From an uncultured virus (IMG/VR IMGVR_UViG_2061766007_000212) (lineage: Duplodnaviria > Heunggongvirae > Uroviricota > Caudoviricetes): DNA of 38,960 nucleotides. Numbering within the stretch: the first letter of the stretch is position 1; each line of letters begins with the position of its first letter. Below, piece after piece: positions 29,141-38,960 of this stretch. The notes under the pieces are model-generated. The model was given only the letters and a program-made list of their open reading frames with translations. It had not been told where the DNA came from and did no database searches. The stretch lies in the IMG/VR virus record IMGVR_UViG_2061766007_000212. One strand, given 5' to 3'. A program made the position numbers and the translations under genes.

Positions 29141-30459
29141 GTAGCGGCAACTATTCAACGGAATTTGATGTTTCCGGTTATGATTACGTTGATATTACAT
29201 CCTATAATTCCTATTCCTATAATAAATACACGATGTTTGACAGCAACGGGAATGTCATTGGCTTTTATCATATACTAGAAGATGACCCGGCCAGGAATGC
29301 CGTTTCTACTGTGCGTGTTGCTGTTCCGACAAACGCCGCCAAAATGTGGGTAGGAACTCCCCGCATTCAGCGTTCAGGCATTGCAGTTTACGGCGTAATT
29401 ATGCCCGATTCTTTTGAATGGGAAAATATGAGCGGTGTATTCGTTGATTATTATTATCATCAATATGTTGAGGAAACCCGCGCCAACGGATCAAAAGAAT
29501 TTCCTGCAAATCCTTTTGATATACTGCGCCTTGCGAACGGCATTACAGGCAATGGGATAAACACGTTCACAGCGTTTGATGAGAACGGCGCAGTCGTCGG
29601 ATTTATGAGCCTGTCCAGTTCTGAAGCGCAGGAAAAGGCTATTACAGGATCGTATTTCATTTGCCCGCGTGGGACTGTGAAGGTTGCGATTGCGGCTGGC
29701 AACATTGGCGCAGGATGGAACCGGACCGCCTGTATTGTTGTCCAGAAACGCAAAACCGGTAAGATTCTTTCCGTAATGGGTGACAGCATATCAACATATA
29801 AGAACTTTATCCCGGACGGAAACGCTACCTGGTATGAAGATGGGAACAGGGGCGTTCCTACGGCTTCTTATATCTGGTGGGGCGTTGTCGCACGGGAAAA
29901 AGGCTACAAGATATCAACCGTTCAGGCTTGGAGCGGTTCGAAAGTTTCCGCGCCGAACGGAGAAACCAATGCCATGAGCGGTGACCGCACAGGACAGCTT
30001 GCATTAAATGGAACGCCAGACATAATCATTATTTACGGCGGAGTGAATGATTTCCTGCAGGAGGCTCCGCTGGGGACCTGGGACGGACATTCAGATATAC
30101 CGTCAACAAATGAACAGTTCCGCAAAGCATATGCGATGATGCTGAACAAAATTCACATCAATTATCCGTTGGCAATGGTTTATTGCTGCACGATTGCCAA
30201 CTGTAACAGGGACGGGACACCGAATAACCTGGAAAACATCGGCGGGCAATGGTTGCATGATTTTAATTCGGCAATACGGCAGATTGCACCAATGTTTAAC
30301 TGTACCGTTATTGAGGTTGAATCCTGCGGCATCAATCAGCAGAATCTTGAAACGTATATGGGTGATTTCAGCACAAGTACAGGCTCCGGACTTCATCCGA
30401 ACCAATACGGGCACGCTCTTTTCGCTCGCCGTGTTCTTGAATACCTTGACAGGCAGTAA
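29141..30459 (+). CDS. SGNH/GDSL hydrolase domain; probable C-terminus of protein B (inverted contig)
   Basis: MGDSIS, WSGS, GGVND, LHPN; frame open back to the gap. Confidence 0.85.
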
Positions 30460-30471
30460 AGGAGGGCCAGT

Positions 30472-31179
30472 ATGTTTTCTGCGAAATTGCTTTGTGATAT
30501 GTTCGCCAAAGCCCTCAACGATAAGTGGGGCTATATATGGGGAACCGCTGGCGTTGAGTGGACGAAAGCCAAACAGACAGCCCTTGAAAAAACCACGGAC
30601 GCAGACCGGGCAAACAGCCGAAAATACGGCTCACAATGGATCGGTCACATGGTCGCTGATTGCAGCGGCCTTTTTTCGTGGGCGTTCGATCAGCTCGGCG
30701 GTTATATGTACCACGGATCGAACACGATGTGGGACAAGTACTGCACCGCCCAGGGAGAACTGATCAAAGGCAAACGTGATGACGGTCAGGAACTGAAACC
30801 AGGCACGGCTGTTTTCTGCTACAACAAGGGCACCGGCAAGCGTGGCCATGTGGGGCTGTTTGTTGGGGATTGCGTGATCGAAGCCGCAGGGGCGAAACAG
30901 GGGGTGATAACCAGCAAGCTGACAGATAAAAAATGGGTCGAATGGGGCGAGCTGAAGGGTGTTGACTACGGTGGAAAGCCCGAACCTGTTCCGGCTGGGT
31001 ATGCTGTCGTAACTGGCAAGAACCTCGCGCTCCGGCAAGGACCGAGCACGTCCTGCAAGGTGATTACACGTGCTCCGACAGGGTCGAGGGTAAAGATCAC
31101 CGAACCGCCCAGTGATTGGGAATATGTGACGTACAACGGCAAACAAGGCTATATGATGAAACAGTTTCTGAAGGAGTGA
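30472..31179 (+). CDS. Endolysin B: NlpC/P60 plus SH3b
   Basis: WGYIWG, ADCSGL, GHVGLFVG; LALRQGPST...WEYVTYNGKQGYM. Confidence 0.9.
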   Translation: MFSAKLLCDMFAKALNDKWGYIWGTAGVEWTKAKQTALEKTTDADRANSRKYGSQWIGHMVADCSGLFSWAFDQLGGYMYHGSNTMWDKYCTAQGELIKGKRDDGQELKPGTAVFCYNKGTGKRGHVGLFVGDCVIEAAGAKQGVITSKLTDKKWVEWGELKGVDYGGKPEPVPAGYAVVTGKNLALRQGPSTSCKVITRAPTGSRVKITEPPSDWEYVTYNGKQGYMMKQFLKE

Positions 31180-31185
31180 TGCGTT

Positions 31186-31509
31186 ATGTGGGATTTTATA
31201 ATTAAGTACTGGCTTGAATTTGTGTTCGGTCTGATCGTTGCCGGCCTGTCTGCCGCATACGCTCACCTTGCAAAACGTTTCAAGGCTGAAAAGAAAAAGA
31301 ACGAAGCAATAGAGAACGGACTGCGTGGCATCCTGCGTATCCAGATTCTCGATACGTATGACAGATGCGCCGCGGACGGGAACCGGATATCCATTTCCCG
31401 AAAAGATGCTGTTGTCAGTATTTATCAGTCATACTGCGCCCTGGGCGACAGTATTGATGATACGATCAAACAACTGTACGAAGAAATCATCCACATGGCG
31501 ATTATCTGA
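31186..31509 (+). CDS. Lysis-cassette membrane protein (holin-like)
   Basis: N-terminal TM segment; GLRGILRIQI...YQSYCALG. Confidence 0.65.
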   Translation: MWDFIIKYWLEFVFGLIVAGLSAAYAHLAKRFKAEKKKNEAIENGLRGILRIQILDTYDRCAADGNRISISRKDAVVSIYQSYCALGDSIDDTIKQLYEEIIHMAII

Positions 31510-31523
31510 AAGGAGATAAAAAT

Positions 31524-31742
31524 ATGTTTAAACTTTCAAACCGTGTTTATGATTGCCTGAAGTTCCTTTGCACGATCCTGCTCCCGGCTTGCGGAACCCT
31601 GTACTTCGCCCTGTCGAAGATCTGGGGACTGCCACTGGCGGAAGAAATCGTCGGCACCCTGTCCGCTATTGCTGTGTTTATCGGTGCCGTGATCGGGATC
31701 AGCACGGCGCAGTATAACAAAGAAAACGACGATGGGCAATAA
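31524..31742 (+). CDS. Holin, Dp-1-like
   Basis: LSNRVYDCLK...LPACGTLYFALSKIWGLP..EEIVGT...GISTAQY. Confidence 0.85.
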   Translation: MFKLSNRVYDCLKFLCTILLPACGTLYFALSKIWGLPLAEEIVGTLSAIAVFIGAVIGISTAQYNKENDDGQ

Positions 31743-31803
31743 CGGCCTATAAGGCCAGCGCGGCAGACCTCCCCGGCGGCGTGTCCCCCTGCCNNNNNNN
31801 NNN

Positions 31804-32678
31804 TCACAGGCAAGCTTCAGGCTTTCCCATGTTTTTTCAAGCAGAACGTTCGCATCCTTGATACTGCCGTTCTGGTAATAGCCAAACCTCGGTCGGCCAT
31901 TCCTGCCGTACAGTGCTGTCTTCTCCGGCCATTCAAGGTACGTCTGCCCGGAAGGTTTTGCAGGATGACTACTCGTTGCGCTCCATACAACATCAGCAAA
32001 GGTCAGTTCTTCGGTTTGGTCATCGCCTGTCGCCTGCGCATTGTCTACGTTGCCGCCGTATCCATATAAGGCGGTATATACCTCTGAATCATCATAAGTG
32101 ACCGCAGGATCTGTCATGTTTTTCCGAACGGATAACCGAAGCCCACGCCAAACACCTTCTGCCGGAGCGATATCCAGATACCGTCCGGTAATAGCACCGG
32201 CAGAGGAAACCACGACCCTGGGCGTAATATAAACGTTCCAGTTCTGCTGGATCGTGTTCACCGCATCCCACACGCTTCCACGGCTGAAATCCGCGCTTTG
32301 CGTTCCGCTGGCGGTATTATTGCCTACGCTCCACAAAGTGCCTGAAAGTGCCGTTGCAAGGGCTTGCGCGGCGGTCTGGCTCGTTATCTGCTGGCTGTTG
32401 ATATGTTCATCGGTTAATTCTGCTATGCAGATATGCTCGGCGGTTATCTGCTGATAATGCTCCGGTTCCTGGTTCGTTACGATCCTTACTTCAAACACCT
32501 GAATCGAATCGTCCACCGGCGACCGGAAAGCGATCCGCATCCCTCTCTCGATCACTTTACCAGCAACAAAAGGGAAGTCTGCCGTAACGTTCATTTCCTG
32601 CTGTGTCCAGTGACCGCTTTCCATGTCATCACGGACGAACAAAGTCTGCCCGGCTGGATTCAGAAAAATGCATTCCAT
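31804..32678 (-). CDS. Tail tip protein B, N-terminal part
   Basis: VYTALYGYGG, GRNGRPRFGYYQN; TAATG overlap with the Dit-like stop. Confidence 0.8.
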
Positions 32679-33391
32679 TACTGCCACCGCTCCCTGTATT
32701 TCACGGTTCCGGTTCCTGTGATCTTCACGCTGCCTGTGCGAGGAATCAGGAACCGGCTGTTAACGTTGTAATACTGCATCAGGCCTGTGATCGTTGATCC
32801 GTTCTTCGACCATGCGGTCTGGTTATCAAGGTCAATCACCGCATTCCCGACTGGTATCGTTGAGAAGGTTATCGTTTTCCCGTCAAGCGAATAGCTTTGG
32901 TTGCTGACCGCTGATCCTGACACCGTCCTCTCGATCCGCATCAGCGGCGGCGCATCACCGAGGATAAATGCTGTTGACCCGCACGCAACGCTCTTTTCGG
33001 CTTTTGCGTTCCAATACGGATTATCGTAACAGGTGAACACGAGCCGCAGTTTGCTCTCCCACCATTGCCGAAGCGAAGGTTCAGGCTTTCCGGTACAGAT
33101 CGCCATCAGATACAGTTCGGGATGACCTGGAAGTTCAAGTTTATATTCCTTATCATTCTTCGCCCATTGTGAGATCGCCATCAGTTCTTTCTGCCTGTTA
33201 ACCTTGTTCATTTCCAGCAACGCGAACGTGATCGAAACAGTACGTGTACCGGCCCTGCTTCTGACGAAATCAGAACCGCCCCTGATAGCACGGGGGCGGT
33301 TCACTTCATCATACGAAATAGGGCTGACCCTTACGTCCTCGATCTTCACACCAGCAACGCTGTCCAGGCTGACACCATCGAATACAATCAT
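32678..33391 (-). CDS. Distal tail (Dit-like) protein B
   Basis: MIVFDGVSL...FTCYDNPYW...YRERWQ; directly after the tape measure gene. Confidence 0.8.
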   Translation of the reverse strand: MIVFDGVSLDSVAGVKIEDVRVSPISYDEVNRPRAIRGGSDFVRSRAGTRTVSITFALLEMNKVNRQKELMAISQWAKNDKEYKLELPGHPELYLMAICTGKPEPSLRQWWESKLRLVFTCYDNPYWNAKAEKSVACGSTAFILGDAPPLMRIERTVSGSAVSNQSYSLDGKTITFSTIPVGNAVIDLDNQTAWSKNGSTITGLMQYYNVNSRFLIPRTGSVKITGTGTVKYRERWQ

Positions 33392-36213
33392 CCCTGCCAT
33401 CCGCTCCTTTGCAACGCTCTGTAGCTACGCCCCTGCGCATCGGAAATAACGTGTCCGACCGTCCTGCCGTCAAGATAGACATTCCCACCGGCTTTAACGT
33501 TATCTCGCATAACACCGCCCAGCGCATCGTAATCGACATTCCCTGTCGAAGCCTGGCCATTCTTGAACCTCTGCCAGATTCGATTTTCTTCAGCAGTCAG
33601 GATGCCTTCGCCCTCATGCAGCCCTGCAAGGTATCCGTCAAAAGGAACGTAATCAAGTCCGGTTTCGTGCTCACCATCCAGCCCGAACAGGAATTCAAGG
33701 CCACCCTCGCCAATGCTGAACGTCATCCCAAATCCTGACAGCCTGTTCAGTTGTTCTTCGATAGAATCCACCGCCGCCTGTACCTCTGGAACCTTGTCAG
33801 CGATGCCCTGGGCCAGACCACCGACAGTATCAGCCATTGCCGCTTCAGCTTCCGCACCGAGGTTCAGTTCGCCAATAGCTTCAAGGGCTTTCTGAACAAG
33901 CGCATCATATGTCTGATCTGCGGCGAGTTTCTGATCCGCAAGCGCATCGGTGAAGGTCTTTTTCTGGGCCTGTACTTCATCATAAAGGTCGCTGACTTCC
34001 TTTGCTGCTTCCGGGCCAGCCTCGACAAGCCCTGCAAGGTATTCGGCACTCTCTTTCGACCCGTCGGACAGGCTCGCAAGCAGTTCATCCGAAAGCCCCA
34101 TTTCTTGAGCCTTCCGCAGGTTTTCAAGATATTCGTTCATGAAATCAATCTGGCTCTGCAAGCCTGATTTCATTCCTTCGGAACTGTACTGGTTCAGAGC
34201 ATCGTTCGTCTCTTTCTGTGCGTTCCTTATCTTTACAAGGGCTTCGTATGCTTCCTTCTCTGTATCAGTCAGGCTGTCCCAATTATCCGCCATATTTTTC
34301 AGCGAGGAATTATCAGAACCCCATTTCGACCATATATCCGAGTATTTATTCAGGGCTTCGGTTTCTTCTCCGGCCAGCTCGTTACTTTTCTGGCGAAGAT
34401 CATCGCCAGCCTTACCGACCTTTTCAAAGCCCTTCAGCACAGAATTGACAGCCTGTGCCGTGCTATCCTTTACACCCTGCACATAATCCGCAAGGGCTTT
34501 GACGGCGGCTTCGGCGGCCGTGACCGCTTCTTTGCCAGCTTTTTTCTGTTCTTCTGTCAGTTCAGCAACAGCCTCGCCGGCATCCTCTGCCGCCTGTTCT
34601 TCCTCTCCGTACTTCTCGATCAGGGCTTGCTTACCTGCGGCAAGTTCTTCCTCGGCCTGTACAAACGCATCGGCCTGACGGGTCGCTTCTGCTTCCGCTT
34701 CAGTGCTTTCTTTTACAATCTTTCTATACGCTTCAGCATCTTCTTTGGAAATGCCCCAGTCGGCATAGTCACGGAAGATCAGACCGCCCTTTTCTTTATA
34801 AAGCCGGGCCAGTTCCTGATGTTCGGCTTCGAAGTTCTTCCGAAGCTGGGCCTTTGCTTCAGCCGTGAACTGATACTTATACTGTTCCGCTCTCGCTTCT
34901 TCAAGTGCCTGGGCTTTCGCATAATATGCAGCCCACGCAAGTTTCTTTTCCTGTGCGGCTTTCCATTCGTCAAGGTTCCTCTGGACTGCTTCGGTGCCGC
35001 CATCAATCGCACCGGTTTCAGTGTTGATAACGCTTGTCAGGGAAGGGATCAAGGTCGTTAACTGCCTCGTTCCTTCTCTCCATTTGTTATACTGAAGAAC
35101 GATTTCTTCAACATCAAGCCCCAGACTTGCGATGTATTCCCGGATATCACCGCCGCTGTTTTCAACCTCTGCGATATCAACAAACAGGTCAGCAAGGGAA
35201 ATGGTTGTGCCGTTGTTCAGCGTGGCAGATTGTTCTTCGATCTTTGCCAGAAGGTCAATGATCGCCTGTGCTTCGGCGGCAGTTGCATGCAGATCAGCCA
35301 GCTTGCCGGCAGTATCAACTTCAATATCATTGAACGCATCCATCACCGTGCGTTTAGGCAACATATCCGCCGCAATTTCGGACAGGAAACTCGCAATCCC
35401 GTCAACAGCTTTTTCAACCCACGGCAAAAGGATATTGCCGACGGAAGTTTTGATGGAATCAATCGAAGATTCAATCCGCCGCTGTGCGTTCGCGAATCCG
35501 TCTGCCGTCCTTGCAAAGTCACCCTGCGCGTCGCTCGTGGCTTGCATCAGGTACTGATACCGGAGCATTGTCTGCTCGCCCTGATCCATCTGGTCGAACG
35601 TCTTTTCCAGACCTTGTGCCAGGGCGAAAGCGTTCAGGTTTGCAACGCTCATGTTAATGCCGAGTTGTTTCAGCGGCATTGTTTCGCCGCTGATACCAGA
35701 CCGGATTTTTTCAAACGCGGTTTCGAAGTCCATGTTATAGAACGAAGCCATATCAGCCGCCAGACCGGCAAGGTCTGTAGACATGCCGACGATCTCTCCC
35801 CCGGCCAGACCGGACGACTTCATCATCGCACCCAAGGTGGAAGTGAACTTCTTCGCCATTGTTTCGGTCAGACCGAACTTCTCACCGGCGGTTTTAGCCC
35901 ACGATTCAATCTGGCTGGCTCCGTCACCGAAAACTGTGTCAACAACGTTCTGAACTTCCGCAAGGTCGGAAGCGGCTTCAACAGCAGACGCTCCCCAATC
36001 AAGCAAAGCCTTTCCGACTTTGGCAACAGACAGATAACCGGCGACCGTCTTTGCCATATCGCCAAAGGCTTTCTCAATGCCTGTCGCGGCATCGTTCCCG
36101 GCGGCATCCCATTTCTTCGACTCGCTCTGAATATTGCTCGTCACTTGTTTGACGGTTTGGTTTATCCCTTTCGGATCGCCCTTTATTTCAAATACGACCT
36201 GTCCGTCAGCCAT
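33388..36213 (-). CDS. Tape measure protein B (941 aa)
   Basis: Long Ala/Glu-rich helical protein in the canonical position. Confidence 0.9.
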   Translation of the reverse strand: MADGQVVFEIKGDPKGINQTVKQVTSNIQSESKKWDAAGNDAATGIEKAFGDMAKTVAGYLSVAKVGKALLDWGASAVEAASDLAEVQNVVDTVFGDGASQIESWAKTAGEKFGLTETMAKKFTSTLGAMMKSSGLAGGEIVGMSTDLAGLAADMASFYNMDFETAFEKIRSGISGETMPLKQLGINMSVANLNAFALAQGLEKTFDQMDQGEQTMLRYQYLMQATSDAQGDFARTADGFANAQRRIESSIDSIKTSVGNILLPWVEKAVDGIASFLSEIAADMLPKRTVMDAFNDIEVDTAGKLADLHATAAEAQAIIDLLAKIEEQSATLNNGTTISLADLFVDIAEVENSGGDIREYIASLGLDVEEIVLQYNKWREGTRQLTTLIPSLTSVINTETGAIDGGTEAVQRNLDEWKAAQEKKLAWAAYYAKAQALEEARAEQYKYQFTAEAKAQLRKNFEAEHQELARLYKEKGGLIFRDYADWGISKEDAEAYRKIVKESTEAEAEATRQADAFVQAEEELAAGKQALIEKYGEEEQAAEDAGEAVAELTEEQKKAGKEAVTAAEAAVKALADYVQGVKDSTAQAVNSVLKGFEKVGKAGDDLRQKSNELAGEETEALNKYSDIWSKWGSDNSSLKNMADNWDSLTDTEKEAYEALVKIRNAQKETNDALNQYSSEGMKSGLQSQIDFMNEYLENLRKAQEMGLSDELLASLSDGSKESAEYLAGLVEAGPEAAKEVSDLYDEVQAQKKTFTDALADQKLAADQTYDALVQKALEAIGELNLGAEAEAAMADTVGGLAQGIADKVPEVQAAVDSIEEQLNRLSGFGMTFSIGEGGLEFLFGLDGEHETGLDYVPFDGYLAGLHEGEGILTAEENRIWQRFKNGQASTGNVDYDALGGVMRDNVKAGGNVYLDGRTVGHVISDAQGRSYRALQRSGWQG

Positions 36214-36796
36214 TCTCGTTCACTTCCTTTTTTCTTGCCATCCCCATCAAGACAGATGCGATGTTCGCAACGTCCTGCTGGTATCGCTTCATGCGCTCTG
36301 CTTCGTCCATTTCAAGTGCAACATCGGCCTTTGCTTTCATCAGCCATTCACGTTCGTGTGCGTTCCATTTCGTTGCCGCAGGAATCGGCCTCGCCCTGAT
36401 GCCAACGACCTCCGAATACCGGTTCCCTTCTGGAATAGCGTTCAACAGTTCCTGAAACTCGATCCAATGGAGCTTGTCCCTGTACAGGTCGATCCCGTAA
36501 GCCTGCCGGAACGCAGCACGGATCAACCCGGCATCCTGCACCCAATCCGTAACCCTCTGACCGTCCTTTTTCCGTGGTGCGGTGAACAATATACCTTTTA
36601 CTGCTTCAAGCACCTTAAACACGTTTTTAGGGCGTTTACACAGGCAATGAAGGGCGTTGTATGCTCTTGCACCGGGCATAAGGTTGTTATCGTCCAGGAC
36701 TTCGATCATTCGCAGGACATTACGGAAGCTGAAATCCATTTTATAGAACTTCCCATCAACCGTTACCCCGTCCGGGAGCCTGTCTTGCAGCTTCAT
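36206..36796 (-). CDS. Gp15-like tail assembly protein
   Basis: DWVQDAGLIRAAFRQAYGIDL...LHWIEFQELL; allele fragment 26783-26983. Confidence 0.8.
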   Translation of the reverse strand: MKLQDRLPDGVTVDGKFYKMDFSFRNVLRMIEVLDDNNLMPGARAYNALHCLCKRPKNVFKVLEAVKGILFTAPRKKDGQRVTDWVQDAGLIRAAFRQAYGIDLYRDKLHWIEFQELLNAIPEGNRYSEVVGIRARPIPAATKWNAHEREWLMKAKADVALEMDEAERMKRYQQDVANIASVLMGMARKKEVNENG

Positions 36797-37125
36797 TTTT
36801 TCTGCGCCTTCGTGATCTTCTTCGCAAGGCGTTTCTGGAAGTACATCCCGCACACAGTAATGATAGCCAGCGGTTCGTTATAGAAATCGACCAGCTTGTC
36901 GCCCTGTTCCTCACCGAACAATGTCCTCGCAAAGAACCTGGCGCAGTTCACCCTTTCGCACTCATCGCTTTCGTCGTTCATCTGTGCCAGCTTTTCCTGT
37001 GCTTTCTTCAGCCCCACAACAAACGAAGCCGCATCGCCCCTGACGTACAGGGTAAGCGTTTTATCGACATTCCGAAACGTGACCTTATCCGTCACGCTAT
37101 ACGGATTGATTTCATTCCTAAACAT
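36793..37125 (-). CDS. Tail assembly chaperone
   Basis: Position after the tail tube gene; LFGEEQGDKLVDFY. Confidence 0.7.
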   Translation of the reverse strand: MFRNEINPYSVTDKVTFRNVDKTLTLYVRGDAASFVVGLKKAQEKLAQMNDESDECERVNCARFFARTLFGEEQGDKLVDFYNEPLAIITVCGMYFQKRLAKKITKAQKK

Positions 37126-37139
37126 TTTGACCTCCTATT

Positions 37140-37175
37140 TTTTGAAAAACCGGGGAGAGAAAACCCCTCCCCGGT
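37140..37175 (-). terminator. Terminator after the tail tube gene
   Basis: ACCGGGGAG...CTCCCCGGT-TTTTC on the minus strand. Confidence 0.75.
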
Positions 37176-37182
37176 CGTAAAG

Positions 37183-37626
37183 TCAGGTAGCCGCCGTTAC
37201 GGTCGGTTCCCCATTGAAGCGGATCGTGCAGGAAAACGCATTGACATCCAGCGTGTTGCCGCCGAAGGAAACCACGTCACCGATGGAGCAATCGCAGGTA
37301 ATCACATCGCCTTCAGCGGTCGTGATTTTGATCGAGCTGTTCCTGTCGGTTCCGAGGGCGAACTGCTTGCTCGCAATGTAGTCCTGGGCGGCATCGCCCT
37401 TGACCCGGCGACCGGTGATCTGAAGCTCGGGAGCCCCGCCGGTCACTTCGTTATGAGCGAAGCCTTCACCGCAGAGAAAGAAGAACTGCTGGTTCTGCTC
37501 GTTCGAATTGAACGTCATTCCCTCGATACCAGCGCACAGCGGAGCATACGTCCAAACCGGAGGGGTCGCAGTCGTAGCGGATACGCCGATCTCAATGGTA
37601 TTTGCCCAAACAGGTTTAAAAGCCAT
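37183..37626 (-). CDS. Major tail (tube) protein
   Basis: APLCAGIE...GRRVKGDAAQDYI...FSCTIRFNGEP. Confidence 0.85.
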   Translation of the reverse strand: MAFKPVWANTIEIGVSATTATPPVWTYAPLCAGIEGMTFNSNEQNQQFFFLCGEGFAHNEVTGGAPELQITGRRVKGDAAQDYIASKQFALGTDRNSSIKITTAEGDVITCDCSIGDVVSFGGNTLDVNAFSCTIRFNGEPTVTAAT

Positions 37627-37645
37627 TGTGTTTCATCCTTTCATG

Positions 37646-38044
37646 TTATTTCATGGTTGCAACCCTTACAGATAATGCGCTCGCCATCATCCAGCGGTTA
37701 TCCTGTTCCCTGCCGATCACCTGCGGTTCCGTCTGCGTGGCAATATCGACAATCTGCCAATCAGTTCCGGACGGGTAACTGGTCATCATGGTCAGGGTTT
37801 CGTGGATTAGATTCATACTATCCGAAAGGGTTTGCAGGTTTTCGTGCTTCCCGTTGATGGTTAAATCAATCGGGATATACTGGTTCTTATCAAGCCAGAC
37901 TGTTTCCGGGCTTGTCGGCCCGATCTCGCATGACAGGCTGTTCCCTGTTGAGAGCGCACCACGGGTGATCGGTGCGAATAAGGAAAGCGCATCAATCAGG
38001 TCCATGACTGATTCAATTGCCTGATTCAAAATGGATTCACTCAT
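37646..38044 (-). CDS. Tail terminator / minor structural protein
   Basis: Position; TEPQVIGREQDNRWM. Confidence 0.7.
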   Translation of the reverse strand: MSESILNQAIESVMDLIDALSLFAPITRGALSTGNSLSCEIGPTSPETVWLDKNQYIPIDLTINGKHENLQTLSDSMNLIHETLTMMTSYPSGTDWQIVDIATQTEPQVIGREQDNRWMMASALSVRVATMK

Positions 38045-38376
38045 AGTTTGCTCCTCAAAAGTTTTTCAGCCAGTTTCTGCCAGTCTGATTTGAATTTACG
38101 TTTTGCCGTTTCGCACCATTTCCATTTTCTGCCCGGTGTAAGGGATGTTTTGATTTCCCAATACTGCCGCTTTGCGTAAGGCGTATCCCAAACCAGTTTC
38201 CCGTTGTTCAGGTCGGATGCCGCATAACTGGAAGATTCCAGCGTATGCTGATCAACCTTGACGTACTGATTGCAGTCCTGAAGGATCTGCGCCGATAACG
38301 GGAGCAGGCTTTCTTTCCATGCGCCCTGTACTTTCAGCCCGACCTTGTTCGGGTCAATCTGAATCCGTATAGGCAT
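38041..38376 (-). CDS. Neck/tail-completion protein (minor capsid 2-like)
   Basis: DCNQYV...TLESS...WDTPYAKRQYW...WCETAK. Confidence 0.75.
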   Translation of the reverse strand: MPIRIQIDPNKVGLKVQGAWKESLLPLSAQILQDCNQYVKVDQHTLESSSYAASDLNNGKLVWDTPYAKRQYWEIKTSLTPGRKWKWCETAKRKFKSDWQKLAEKLLRSKL

Positions 38377-38385
38377 GACATCACC

Positions 38386-38748
38386 TTATTCCAGGCTTAT
38401 TTCGTAATGGTGGAAACAATCGGTATCGTCCATCAGCTCATCCACCGTGAACACGGTATACTCAATTCCACGCACAATGACCTTGATGTCCCCCGGAATC
38501 TCCTGCGCTGTCTTGAATAGGTTCATCCAGTCAAGGTTCGGTGTGCTGTGCCGCCGGTCAACAAAAAGAACCGCCCTCATAACGTTTGATGTATTGACGG
38601 CGGTTTTCTTCAGTTCGTTTGTCGGCTGAAGGTGGACTTTTTTCACCGTATATGTTTGGTATGTCTGATTTTGATACCGGTCAACCCCCGTGCAGACTTT
38701 TACGATTGCGGTGCTTCGCATGATCTTTGCCGGAATCGGTCTTAACAT
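38386..38748 (-). CDS. Head closure protein (minor capsid 1-like)
   Basis: MLRPIPAKIM...AVLFVD...HHYEISLE. Confidence 0.75.
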   Translation of the reverse strand: MLRPIPAKIMRSTAIVKVCTGVDRYQNQTYQTYTVKKVHLQPTNELKKTAVNTSNVMRAVLFVDRRHSTPNLDWMNLFKTAQEIPGDIKVIVRGIEYTVFTVDELMDDTDCFHHYEISLE

Positions 38749-38960
38749 GGATAACACCCCGCAACAGGAACAGCCGGATTCATCAGTCCGGTCTGCTCCA
38801 GGTAAGATATAGCCGCCGGGGAAACACTTGCGCTCATCGCACCGCCTGCGCTGGTTTTGCCTTTGCCGTCAACCCGGACCTTGCCGACACTGAAACCGAC
38901 CGAACCTTCACCGTCTGTCAGACTATCCACGCCGTTGATTGCGAGGAAATCGATCTGCGA
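38742..38960 (-). CDS. Head-tail adaptor, 3' part
   Basis: QIDFLAING...FSVGKV...YLEQTGLM; runs off the window. Confidence 0.7.
   Translation of the reverse strand, partial: SQIDFLAINGVDSLTDGEGSVGFSVGKVRVDGKGKTSAGGAMSASVSPAAISYLEQTGLMNPAVPVAGCYPC

Larger units (their letters stand above)
1..38960. mobile_element. Temperate siphophage sequence; co-assembly of two or more related genomes
   Basis: Integrase, repressor, replication/recombination, tail and lysis genes with no host housekeeping genes; modules recur as diverged alleles between N gaps. Confidence 0.95.

Noticed and set aside
18879..30459. Diversity-generating retroelement acting on tail genes
   Set aside because: No reverse transcriptase and no adenine-specific template/variable repeat pair seen
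29141..31793. Biological inversion of the lysis cassettes (also 16504-17285)
   Set aside because: Bounded by gaps, no invertase seen, and the end overlaps the attP contig in reverse; a scaffolding orientation error
35230..36399. Long plus-strand ORFs opposite phage genes (also 469-1356, 25138-25989, 6248-6925)
   Set aside because: Antisense shadows of well-supported minus-strand genes, with no recognisable motifs

Overview
The window is a gapped scaffold that interleaves at least two, locally three, related temperate siphophage genomes, probably from a Clostridia-type Firmicute. Most modules appear as 2-3 diverged alleles separated by N gaps, and some contigs are inverted. Bases 1-14550 hold the leftward early region: replication initiator, HNH/Ref-like nuclease, NinB-like protein, Rad52/Sak-like annealase, xis-like and cro-like genes, and many small ORFs. 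Bases 14650-16490 hold a CI-like repressor, a tyrosine integrase and an attP carrying the 3' half of tRNA-Asn(GTT). Bases 16500-38960 hold two alternative lysis cassettes and two tail modules, ending in head-tail joining genes. The best candidate for an undescribed system is a ~60-nt antisense small RNA (6162-6222, second allele 9710-9766). It has its own sigma-A promoter, a hairpin and a terminator, and its exposed loop (UUGUCAGUCCU) is complementary to an AGGACUGACA(A)UG motif covering the ribosome-binding site and start of many early genes. Other points of interest are a second sRNA of the same design before a lysis cassette, a direct-repeat-flanked RHH plus structured non-coding module, a structured 200-nt early leader, swapped enzyme domains on a baseplate protein, and a strong GATC excess in one lineage. 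Family names come from motif recognition only; no searches were run.
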